From an uncultured Alphaproteobacteria bacterium (GTDB taxonomy: Bacteria; Pseudomonadota; Alphaproteobacteria; Rhizobiales; Xanthobacteraceae), in NCBI GenBank assembly GCA_963719745.1, contig CAVRDC010000019.1, positions 155,941 through 219,940 of the forward strand: 64,000 bases of DNA. The letters are read 5' to 3'. The notes below the pieces were generated by a model. That model was not told where the DNA came from. It worked only from the letters and a program-made list of their open reading frames with translations, and made no database searches. This document shows positions 1-8,557 of the stretch, piece after piece. The first letter of the stretch is position 1. The number at the start of each line of letters is the position of its first letter. Both the position numbers and the translations under genes were made by a program.

Positions 1-295
1 GCAGGTGCGCGGTAAGCCGTCCTGCTTGCGTTTGGCCTAAAATCGATGGGTCCTGGGATATTGCTTGCGGCACGGAATGGCTCATGGTTGTTAAGTTGGA
101 TCCGCGCAACTAATTGGAGGAATGGCGCGCTCTGCCTTCATTGTCCTGCGGGCGGCGGCAAAATAACGTGTGATTGAGAGTCACGCCAACACCACGCAGG
201 TTCGAAAGGGTCTCTGCGCCAAAGCCCGAGACATGCACATCACGCGTTCGAATAGCTGTCTTAAGCACATGCGAGCGTGCGGTTCAACCGACCGA

Positions 296-335
296 TTAAG
301 GTCCTTTACGGCTGGTTAAAGTCCTTTACAGCTGG
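296..335. repeat. Imperfect tandem duplication of a 20-nt unit (TTAAGGTCCTTTACGGCTGG / TTAAAGTCCTTTACAGCTGG)
   Basis: Read directly: two adjacent 20-mers, 18/20 identical, in the non-coding DNA 3' of the minus-strand ABC ATPase gene. Confidence 0.8.
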
Positions 336-418
336 CCCCGTGGGCATCGCCGGAGCTGTCAGGAAAACCCGGCAATCAGGAGCGAAGTCCGGGGGCCCAC
401 CAAAATAGCGAGGTCGTT

Positions 419-1180
419 CTAGGCTGAGGCAAGGGCCGGTAGACCCTGGCTGCGAGCGGTGAGCACACTCTCAATCTCGCCATAACCGGCGACGCTGCCG
501 TGGCTGAGCCAGAGTGCCTTGTTGCATACGCGGCGCAACGTGGCGTCCTGGTGCGTGGCCACCATCAGAATCCGCGATCGCTCCACGAGCTTGAGCAGGC
601 GGTTAAATGCCTTCTCAAAAAATCCGGCATCGCCCACCCCGATGACCTCGTCGATCAGCAGGATCTCAGGGTCGCGCACGGTGGCGATCGCGAAGGCCAG
701 CCGGAGCATCATGCCGGTAGAATAGGTACGAACCGGGACTTTAAGGAAGTCGCCGAGTTCGGTGAAATCGGCGATATCATCGACGCTGCGCTTGATCTGC
801 AAACTGGTCATGCCCCACAGCGTGCCGGCGATCCGGATGTTTTCCAGGCCCGTGGCGTCCATGCTCATACCGAGCGTGGTATCGAGCATCGGTGAGACGT
901 TGCCGACAATTGTAACTGTGCCACTCGTCGGAGGGTAGACTTTCGAGACCACACGCAGGAACGTGCTTTTGCCCGAGCCGTTGTCCCCGATGAGCGCGAT
1001 GCGGTCGCCGTCGTGCGCCTCGAAATTCACATTCTTCAGCGCGCTCACTGTCAGGTGCGAGCCGGAGCGGGCAAAGCGTCCGCCGACGGCCTTCTCGATC
1101 AACTTCAACTTCAACGACGCTCGGCCGACATCGAAAATCGGAATGTCGATGCCAACATTGCTCAGTATTATCGCGACCAA
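419..1180 (-). CDS. wzt: Polysaccharide/O-antigen ABC exporter, ATP-binding subunit (short Wzt/KpsT type, no C-terminal carbohydrate-binding extension)
   Basis: 253-aa uninterrupted ORF. Walker A GDNGSGKST, ABC signature YSTGMMLRLAFA, Walker B ILLIDE. TTG start preceded by AGGA. Sits directly downstream of an ABC-2 permease gene. Confidence 0.85.
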   Translation of the reverse strand: MVAIILSNVGIDIPIFDVGRASLKLKLIEKAVGGRFARSGSHLTVSALKNVNFEAHDGDRIALIGDNGSGKSTFLRVVSKVYPPTSGTVTIVGNVSPMLDTTLGMSMDATGLENIRIAGTLWGMTSLQIKRSVDDIADFTELGDFLKVPVRTYSTGMMLRLAFAIATVRDPEILLIDEVIGVGDAGFFEKAFNRLLKLVERSRILMVATHQDATLRRVCNKALWLSHGSVAGYGEIESVLTARSQGLPALASA

Positions 1181-1198
1181 TTTTCCTACCGGCCTTGG

Positions 1199-2121
1199 CT
1201 AGAGCCAAAATACGATACGTTTGCTCTTGCTGACCAGAAGCGCGGCGGCCCCGATCGAGCCGACAACGGCGAGGACTCCAGCCACCAGCCAAGACTGCCA
1301 TTCCGGCGCGGTGCCTGAATATTGGAGCGCGCACGATTTCGATCAAATGGTAAAGCGGATTGACCTCGGCGATCAACGTGCTGCGGCCGCTGAGAGAACT
1401 CAGCTGCCACATGATCGGCGTTGCGAACATCGCGATCTGAGTGCCGGTGCCGACGATCGGCAGGATGTCGCGAAAGCGTGTCGTCAAAATCGCCAGCACC
1501 AGCGCCACCCAGGTGACATTGACCAAAACCAGCAACAACGCCGGGATCACCAAAAATATTGCCAGCGTCGGCTCGACCTTGAAAATGATGGCGACAGGAA
1601 TGTAGATCACGATCGTGTGGAGAAATACGATGATGTTTCTCCATACGATGCGCAGAATGTGAATCGAATAATGGCAGCTTGATTTGTTTGATGATGCGCG
1701 CGCCTTCTTGAAAGGCCATGCAGCTCTCGTTGGTGATTTGCGATATGAATCCCCAAACAATGTAGCCGACCGAAAGGTACGGCATATACGTCGCGAGGTC
1801 GGTATGAAACAGGCGACTATAGATGATGCCGAGCAGCAGGATGAACATGCCCATGCTCAGCGTGATCCAGAATGGGCCAAGAACCGAACGACGATAGCGC
1901 TGGCGAATGTCGTCCCAACCGAGAATCATCCAAATTCGCCAGGCCGAAAACCCCGCCAGCAATTCCTCGGAGACGATCTCGCCAAAGCCCGCCGGCGCTG
2001 GCGCGAGCGGCGGCGCGGCATCCGCCGCCGACCGAGCGATCGCGAACCTGGGCACCGTTACTTGGCGCTTTATGGCGACGTCCTGAACATCCATTTCCGT
2101 CACTTCGGGATCACTTTGCAT
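1199..2121 (-). pseudogene. wzm: ABC-2 type polysaccharide exporter permease, split over three reading frames
   Basis: N-terminal part (RRSVLGPFWITLSMGMFILLLGIIYSRLF..YLSVGYIVWGFISQ) lies in ORF 1186..2121. Middle part (IVFLHTIVIYIPVAIIF..TTRFRDILPIVGTGTQIAMFATPIMW..EVNPLYHLIEIVRAPIF) lies in the frame of ORF 777..1760. C-terminus (GTAPEWQSWLVAGVLAVVGSIGAAALLVSKSKRIVFWL*) lies in the third frame and ends at TAG 1199..1201. That gives two frame changes, near 1690 and 1310. Confidence 0.75.
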
Positions 2122-3226
2122 GAGGTATGTTGATCAACTTCGGCCTGAAGCCGTGGTGGCCGGCGTCATACTGCGAAATTGCCGGAACCGGAAGCCCACG
2201 GCGACACGCGCGCGTCGCATTGCGAGCATGGTCCGCAGCAGAGACGTCAGCGCCGTCGGCCGCAGCCGATACCACAAGCCGCGCCAGGATGGCGAAATTG
2301 ACGATCTTTCGGCTGGGCAGCGACAAAATCCTCTCCAATTCGGCACGCTCCTTGGGGCAACGGGCGCCCATTGTCAGGATAAGATCGCGGTCGATGCGGC
2401 TCAGCTTGGAGCGCCAAGCGGCATGTAGCAAACCGCCAGCGATCGCGAAAGGTGTCTGCGTACCATTCCGGGAAGCTCGGATCGGCGGCAATGAGTGCCG
2501 GGACTACTTCAAGAGCTTCCTTGCGTCCGCTGCAGTTCAAGGGCCGTCCTGCGCGAGACGCTGTCGAGGTGACACTACCCAGGTCGCGACGATCCTCGGC
2601 TCGAAGAAAAAGCCAAACTTCAGCGCGGTCTTGCGGGCCAGGAGGCCGTCGGCGAATGAGCCCAGGCGCTCATCGAAACCACCGGCCCAAAGCACGCATT
2701 CGCGGCGGAACACCGCGCTCCCCGTCAAAATCCAATTATCGGTCGAACGCAGCAATTTTTGAACGCTCGGCGGCATCGATGCGGCCCGCACGCATGATTG
2801 GCCGCACGGCGGGCCGCACGGCAAACGGTCGATTGCTGCGACCGTCGACCAGAACCGCTTCCCCGCAGAAAAGCGCCAAGTCCGGATTTTCCGCAAGCCT
2901 GCGGAGCGCCAAACTGAAAAAGCCGGGCAAGACCCAATCGTCTGCGGCCGCGAAATAAATGTATTCTTCCGCGGGCCGCCTCCAAGCCGCGCTTTAAGCT
3001 CTGGAATCACGCCTTTGTTCTCGCGATTGACCAGCACCTTAATCGAAGGCACGCTGGCCGCGAACTGTTCGATCACGCCGAGGCTGCCGTCGGTCGATCC
3101 GTCATCGACGACGATGATTTCATCAGCGGGCCGCTCCTGGTCGATCAGCGCCGATAAGGCGCGGCCGACAAATTTGGCGTGGTTGTAGTTTGGCAGCACC
3201 ACTGAGAGCGTCACGGGCATCGTCAT
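2111..3226 (-). pseudogene. GT2-family glycosyltransferase, multiply frameshifted
   Basis: GT-A signature LSVVLPNYNHAKFVGRALSALIDQERPADEIIVVDDGSTDGS in ORF 2537..3298. Continuation EYIYFAAADDWVLPGFFSLALRRLAENPDLALFCGEAVLVDG is in the ORF 2736..2930 frame. Reading then returns to DNWILTGSAVFRRECVLWAGGFDERLG. The tail is spread over the frames of ORFs 2247..2540 and 2111..2491, and the last one overlaps the wzm start. Confidence 0.7.
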
Positions 3227-3276
3227 CAGTGAGCGCCTATGAATCGAGGCCGCTACCGGCCAGCTCGAAGGCAACA

Positions 3277-4003
3277 TTAGATTGTGCGGCGATGGCATGC
3301 CAGCCCAAGCAAATAATGCGCCATCGGATAAAAGCCCGTGTGGACCACTTCATCGTTCATCGAGAACACGAACACGCTGTGGAAGTGTTGCTCGAGTGTG
3401 CGCTTGAATGCTTCTCCCGACTTGCAATTGACATGCCCGGCTTTGCTTTGCGGGCGATGCATAGGGCTGCGATTCCAGCGAGGGCATGCCGAAGATGGCG
3501 ACGCCATCCGCCGTCAAAGAGCGCACGACGTTGCTGATGAACCGATGTTCGTCCTGTTCCGCAATGTGTTCAAGCACGTCGAGGGCGTAGGCCGCATCAA
3601 ATGGACCGGGCACCGGACCGGCCATCACGTCGTGAACGAATGCTTCGATCGGCCAATGCGGATTTATGCGCTCCTTGACGTCGGCGATGAAGATCGGATC
3701 GAAATCGATCGCGGTAACCTTGCCGACCGCCTGCTGGACAATCCGGGTGCCGAACGCGTCGGCGCAGCCCACCTCGAGCACATGGTTGCGGCCGCCAAGC
3801 ATCCTGGCGACGAATTTGTATCGCGCGAGCGTGAAGAGTGTGCGCTTGGGGTCCTGGTTCCAGGACTCGTTGACCATGAGCCCGAGCCGCGCAATGCCAT
3901 GCTTTTCCTTGACGTCGAAAAGGAGCGAGTACTGTGGTTCCTTGGTGGTCGCGCGGTCGTTCATGCCCATACCGGTGACGCAGCGGCGTTCGCCGCCGCT
4001 CAT
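3277..4003 (-). pseudogene. Class I SAM-dependent methyltransferase with a frameshift near the C-terminus
   Basis: LEVGCADAFGTRIV motif I and LDVLEHI in ORF 3350..4003. The conserved tail SKAGHVNCKSGEAFKRTLEQHFHSVFVFSMNDEVVHTGFYPMAHYLLGLA is in the frame of ORF 3277..3507 (shift near 3480). It is a paralog of the C-terminal domain of the 970-aa protein at 52267..55179 (KEKMGLARLGIV..EVGCGDAFATRVV..LSMSDEVLQAG). Confidence 0.7.
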
Positions 4004-4154
4004 CTCTTCCTTTTAGCAGTGCTTGACGGACGGTACAACCGATATGCCGTCAATTGACCCGAACGATACCGACCACGGCTCACATCACCGCTGTGTATCG
4101 AGCGACCGTTGGAAACGTTAAACAAGAATGTTGGACTTGCACTCCTCCGCGCGC

Positions 4155-5282
4155 TTACTCCAAGATGGTCCGGATGGCGTGAATGACTCTGTCCGGTTCG
4201 TCGGTCATGCCATACCAAAGCGGCAGACGGACAATGCGGCCCGCTACATCTTCGGTGCAGGCTAGAGTGCCAGACGTTCTCCCGAGGCGAACGCCCGCCG
4301 GTGAATCGTGGAGTGGTACGTAATGGAACGGCGCATGGATACCATTCGCCTTCAACTTTCTGACTAGAGCATCGCGCGCCGACCGGTCGGGCAGAAGCAA
4401 ATGATAAATATGTGCGTTATGTTCGCATGCGGCCGGCACAATGGGGCGACGAAATCGGCCCCGGCTTTCGAGTGCGGCGAAACCGTCGTGGTATCTGTTC
4501 CACAGCGCGCGACGCTCAATGAGCAAACGATCGGCGTTCTCCAATTGCGCGAGTAAGAATGCCGCGGTTAACTCGCTGGGTAGGTAGGACGAGCCGATAT
4601 CGACCCACGTATACTTGTCGACCTCGCCCTTGAGGAAGCTCGTGCGATTGGTGCCCTTTTCACGAATGATCTCGGCGCGGTGCCCAAATCGAGCATCATT
4701 CACAATCAGCGCGCCGCCTTCGCCCGAAATCACGTTTTTTGTTTCGTGAAAGCTGACCGCAGCGACATGGCCGATGCTGCCCAATGGCCGCCCCGAATAC
4801 CGCGACAACAAGCCTTGCGCGGCGTCCTCGGCGACCAACAATCCGCGGCGCTCTGCTATGTCCATAATCCGGTCCATCGCGCAGCCAACTCCCGCGTAGT
4901 GCACAACGAAGATCGCCTTGGTCCGCGGTGTGATTGCCTGCTCGATCAGCTGCTCATCGAGGTTAAGGGTGTCGGGGCGAATGTCGATGAAGACCGGTAC
5001 GGCTCCACGTAGCGCGACCGCATTCGCTGTCGACACGAAGGTGAACGACGGCATTATGATCTCGTCGCCGCGCTCAAGGTCGAAGAGCAGCGCCGCTATC
5101 TCCAAAGCGGCCGTGCAGGAATGCGTCAGCAAGGCTTTCGACACTTGCAGCCGCGCCTCAAGCCAGGCATGGCACCGCCGGGTGAAAATGCCGTCGCCGG
5201 CGGTGTGCGCATTGGCAATCGCCTCTCGAATATAGTCCAACTCCTTGCCTGCTGCCGTCGGACGATTGAAATCGATCTTCAT
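4155..5282 (-). CDS. wecE: dTDP-4-amino-4,6-dideoxyhexose (WecE/RffA-type, DegT/DnrJ/EryC1 family) PLP aminotransferase
   Basis: Uninterrupted ORF. It is collinear with E. coli WecE as I remember that sequence (GKELDYI..GDGIFTRRC..SCTAALE..MPSFTFVSTANA..HYAGVGC..FHETKN..REKGTNR..DKYTWVDIGSSY). Start taken at the MKIDFNRP methionine. Confidence 0.8.
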   Translation of the reverse strand: MKIDFNRPTAAGKELDYIREAIANAHTAGDGIFTRRCHAWLEARLQVSKALLTHSCTAALEIAALLFDLERGDEIIMPSFTFVSTANAVALRGAVPVFIDIRPDTLNLDEQLIEQAITPRTKAIFVVHYAGVGCAMDRIMDIAERRGLLVAEDAAQGLLSRYSGRPLGSIGHVAAVSFHETKNVISGEGGALIVNDARFGHRAEIIREKGTNRTSFLKGEVDKYTWVDIGSSYLPSELTAAFLLAQLENADRLLIERRALWNRYHDGFAALESRGRFRRPIVPAACEHNAHIYHLLLPDRSARDALVRKLKANGIHAPFHYVPLHDSPAGVRLGRTSGTLACTEDVAGRIVRLPLWYGMTDEPDRVIHAIRTILE

Positions 5283-5308
5283 TGATAGTGTGCTCTTGGC
5301 CAGAACCA

Positions 5309-5372
5309 CAGGCTCACGTTGAGCGCCGAACAGAAACAGATAAGAATCAGGTTCACGTTGGGTCGCGTCGAA
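5309..5372. promoter_or_regulatory. Imperfect direct repeat (CAGGyTCACGTTGrG..CGC..CGAA x2, 39 bp apart) in the divergent intergenic region
   Basis: Read directly at 5309..5330 and 5348..5372, inside the 113-bp spacer between divergently transcribed wecE-like (-) and GT2 (+) genes. The promoter/operator role is inferred from position only. Confidence 0.3.
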
Positions 5373-5422
5373 AGTGAAATGGCAAAGCGGTCGATTGCTC
5401 GACGACAGGCTTATAACTCGAC

Positions 5423-6544
5423 ATGCTTGACCAGGCTAGCTTAAGTTCTAAGATGACCGTGCCTTTACTTGGCGGTTGCCTCTCGCGACTCAGCTGCAGC
5501 TTCCCAATTCAAAGCGCCGAGGAACCTTTCATTGTGAACCCGCGTATTCCGGACATTTCGATCGTGGTTCCGGTGTACCGGAGCGAGGGCTGCCTTCCCG
5601 CTCTTGCCGCGGCTGTGGACACGGCCCTCAATAGGGTGAAGTTGAGCTACGAGTTACTGCTGGTCGATGACGGCTCGCCCGACAAATCGTGGTCAGTCAT
5701 CCAGCAACTGGCAACGCGGTATTCGACCATCGTGGGCTTCAATCATCGGCGGAACTTTGGCCAGGACAACGCCATTCTGACCGGCATCCGCAACGCGATG
5801 GGCGGCGCTATCGTCATCATGGATGATGATCTTCAACATTCGCCCGACGACATTCCAAAACTCTATGCGGAATTAAACCGCACGGGTGCCGATGTCGTCT
5901 ATGCGCATTTCGCGGGAAAAAAGCAGAAAACGTGGAAGAAGATTGGCAGCTGGGTCAACGGCAAGTTCGCCGAGTGGTTGATCGACAAACCTGCTAACAT
6001 TTACATGTCGCCGTTCAAAGTGGTCCGTCGCGAGGTTGCGGAACTCATTGCGGCGTTCGACGGGCCGTTTCCCTACGTCGACAGTCTGCTCTTTCAGGTG
6101 ACCGACCGATTCTCCTCAATCCAGACCGAACATTACCCGCGAATTGCCGGACGCAGCACCTATACGTTCGCAAAATCCTTAAATGTCTGGAGCCGTCTGG
6201 CATTTTCTTTCTCGGTAAAACCCCTGCGGATCGTGACCTGGGTTGGCGCCGCGGCCTTGATCGCCAGCATGGTTGGAGCGCTGATGATTGTCATTCTGCG
6301 ACTAGTCTATCCGGCGGATTTTGGCAACGGCGCCGCGGGCTGGGCATCGTTGATGTTTATGACCCTCATTATCGGCGGGCTGCAAATGTTGTTTCTCGGC
6401 ATTCTCGGCGAATACTCGGGTCGAACGCATATCAACATCAACCGGAAGCCTCAGTCCGTCGTCGCTGATACTACGCGGGGCGAACCGGGCCTGTTTGAGC
6501 GGCCGGCTTTGCAGCGCCGGCAGGACGATCGTTGCGCTTCATGA
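5423..6544 (+). CDS. GT2 polyprenyl-phosphate glycosyltransferase (GtrB/ArnC/CsbB type) with C-terminal membrane helices
   Basis: ISIVVPVYRSEG..LLLVDDGSPD..IVIMDDDLQHSPDDIP catalytic core, followed by two hydrophobic helices (WVGAAALIASMVGALMIVIL, LMFMTLIIGGLQMLFLGILGEY). Uninterrupted. The true start may be an internal Met or Val. Confidence 0.75.
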   Translation: MLDQASLSSKMTVPLLGGCLSRLSCSFPIQSAEEPFIVNPRIPDISIVVPVYRSEGCLPALAAAVDTALNRVKLSYELLLVDDGSPDKSWSVIQQLATRYSTIVGFNHRRNFGQDNAILTGIRNAMGGAIVIMDDDLQHSPDDIPKLYAELNRTGADVVYAHFAGKKQKTWKKIGSWVNGKFAEWLIDKPANIYMSPFKVVRREVAELIAAFDGPFPYVDSLLFQVTDRFSSIQTEHYPRIAGRSTYTFAKSLNVWSRLAFSFSVKPLRIVTWVGAAALIASMVGALMIVILRLVYPADFGNGAAGWASLMFMTLIIGGLQMLFLGILGEYSGRTHININRKPQSVVADTTRGEPGLFERPALQRRQDDRCAS

Positions 6545-7290
6545 ATCAATCGCCGTATCAGTTTCCGAAGGAATTCTTCGATTACATGGGTCCCGGCTCT
6601 GCGCGGTCGGCGGCGTCTATCGTTTCCCTCGTTGCGGAGAAACTGCGACCAAAGAGCGTGCTTGATGTGGGCTGCGGACGCGGTGTTTGGCTCAGCGAAT
6701 GGCAACGGGTGGGAGTAGGCGATTGCATAGGCGTGGATGGTCCCTATATTGATCGGGCGAGTCTCGCCATTCCCCCCGAACGTTTCATTGCGTGGGACCT
6801 TTCACGCCCCTTAAGTCTTCATCGCGGTTTCGACATCGTGCAATCGTTTGAGGTGGCGCAATGTATAGACAGTGCCTGCGCCGACGGGTTTATTGATAGT
6901 CTCTGCCGACATGGAGAATTAATCATTTTTTCCTCGGCGGTTCCTGGCCAGGGCGGTGAGAGGCACGTCAATGAACAACCATTGGAATATTGGCGCGAAA
7001 AATTCTTGTTGCGCGGCTATGTCGTATTTGATTGGATCCGCTGCCTTATATCCGGCATGAAGCAAATCGAACCATGGTATCGTTACAACATCCTTCTGTT
7101 CGTAACCGATGGCGCTGCCCGCAAACTGTCACGCGATATTCAGGCCACGAGGATATCAACAGGCTCCAACGTCCTAGAGATCGCGCCGATCGCTTGGCGT
7201 TTGCGAAATGCTGCATTGCGTCGTCTGCCGCGAGGCATCGTGCACGAGCTCGCTCTCGTCAAGCACAGGCTGCGCACCTTCGAACGATAG
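6541..7290 (+). CDS. Class I SAM-dependent methyltransferase
   Basis: VLDVGCGRGVW motif I. Its ATG overlaps the upstream stop (ATGA at 6541..6544), which suggests translational coupling. Uninterrupted. Confidence 0.7.
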   Translation: MNQSPYQFPKEFFDYMGPGSARSAASIVSLVAEKLRPKSVLDVGCGRGVWLSEWQRVGVGDCIGVDGPYIDRASLAIPPERFIAWDLSRPLSLHRGFDIVQSFEVAQCIDSACADGFIDSLCRHGELIIFSSAVPGQGGERHVNEQPLEYWREKFLLRGYVVFDWIRCLISGMKQIEPWYRYNILLFVTDGAARKLSRDIQATRISTGSNVLEIAPIAWRLRNAALRRLPRGIVHELALVKHRLRTFER

Positions 7291-7311
7291 AGCCAGCCCT
7301 CTGGTATTCGC

Positions 7312-8136
7312 TCACTCGCGCCGGGCGACGACTGCCCGGCTGCCGCCTACCGGAAAGCGGAATCCGAGATCGATCGCTCGCCGCTCAACGTCGAGCAGGC
7401 CTTCAAAGAGCCGATCCAGCTGCCGTGGTAGCGAGTACTCAACTTTCGGATAGTCGTCTTTACTGCAATTCGCCATTAGCTGCCGCACCATCATCGCCGG
7501 CAGCAAAAAGAACATGAAGGAGGTGTCGCACAATACCGAATAGCCAGCACTGTGCAGCCGGGCGGCAAGCTCCTCTCGGCGATAACGCCGCTTGTGGTGG
7601 TCGATCTCGTCAACCCGGCTCCAAAGCCAAGGATGCTGCGGAACAGTGAGCAGGAGCACGCCGCCCGGCCTTAGCACGCGTCGCATCTCGGCGAGTGCTT
7701 GCGCATCTGGATCGATATGTTCCAGGACATCGAAGGCGCCCACCGCGTCGAACTCGCTGTCATATGGGAGCGCCAAGCAATCGGCCTGAATGAACTCCGC
7801 CGGCGCCGTTACCCGCCGTGAGGCGTAGGGCAATCCATGGAGATAGAGCTCCGATGCGACAAACTTGGCCTCAGGTAGCACCGCGCGTAAGCCGGCAAGG
7901 ACGAAGCCGGGACCGCATCCTACCTCTAGAAATGATTTGGCGGAGGGACAGTAGCGCGCAACTAGTGATTGGATGATCCGTCGGCGCCCTCGGAACCAAA
8001 AGCTGCGCTCTTGAAGCGCGTCGAAGAAATGGTGCACTTCCTTCGGAGAACCCTCGTTGCTCTCGGCAAGCTGCGGCGCAAAACAGGCAAAACCGCGTTC
8101 GAAGGCAGGACGTGCGGCGCAATCGGACAAGTCCAC
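7312..8136 (-). CDS. Class I SAM-dependent methyltransferase (N-terminal zinc-ribbon segment is out of frame upstream)
   Basis: FLEVGCGPGFVLAGL, FDVLEHI and LRPGGVLLLTVP motifs. The upstream ORF 7962..8180 encodes MKLCLSCRTSFESAEWTCP, and the main frame continues DCAARPAFERGF, so a CxxC..CPDC ribbon is split by what looks like a 1-nt deletion near 8125. Confidence 0.7.
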   Translation of the reverse strand: MDLSDCAARPAFERGFACFAPQLAESNEGSPKEVHHFFDALQERSFWFRGRRRIIQSLVARYCPSAKSFLEVGCGPGFVLAGLRAVLPEAKFVASELYLHGLPYASRRVTAPAEFIQADCLALPYDSEFDAVGAFDVLEHIDPDAQALAEMRRVLRPGGVLLLTVPQHPWLWSRVDEIDHHKRRYRREELAARLHSAGYSVLCDTSFMFFLLPAMMVRQLMANCSKDDYPKVEYSLPRQLDRLFEGLLDVERRAIDLGFRFPVGGSRAVVARRE

Positions 8137-8557
8137 TCAGCACTTTCGAAGCTTGTCCGGCAGGAAAGGCATAACTTCATTGGAGCGAGACCGCGTACGA
8201 TATTAAGGATGCTCCCTTCGGCTCATGAGCGACGAAGCGAGCCCTTGAATTGGAGGCGCTAAAAGTCGCCAAGAATCGAATACGATCCGCGGTTTTTCCG
8301 CAAGAATTTGTGAACGCCGCTCTGTTTTTTTCAAGGCCAACATCAGATCACGTCGGACATTGCTTTTAAAGTTTGCAACAAAGCCGCCAGCTTCGCGCGC
8401 GAAATTAGCGCATTTGGCCCGGCGCAGAAACATTACAGAATTAAGCTTCGTAAACAACTTGGGAGGCAAAAGCCCAAACCACCGAAATATGTTTTCCGGT
8501 TGGCTGAGGATACTCGTCGGCTTTCATCTTGCTTCACGATTTACGTTCGTAGTCGGC

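Noticed and set aside
777-1760. 327-aa ORF that could be read as an independent gene
   Set aside because: It is a chimera. Only its middle section is real wzm coding text. The rest is out-of-frame read-through across the wzm C-terminus and the wzt gene.
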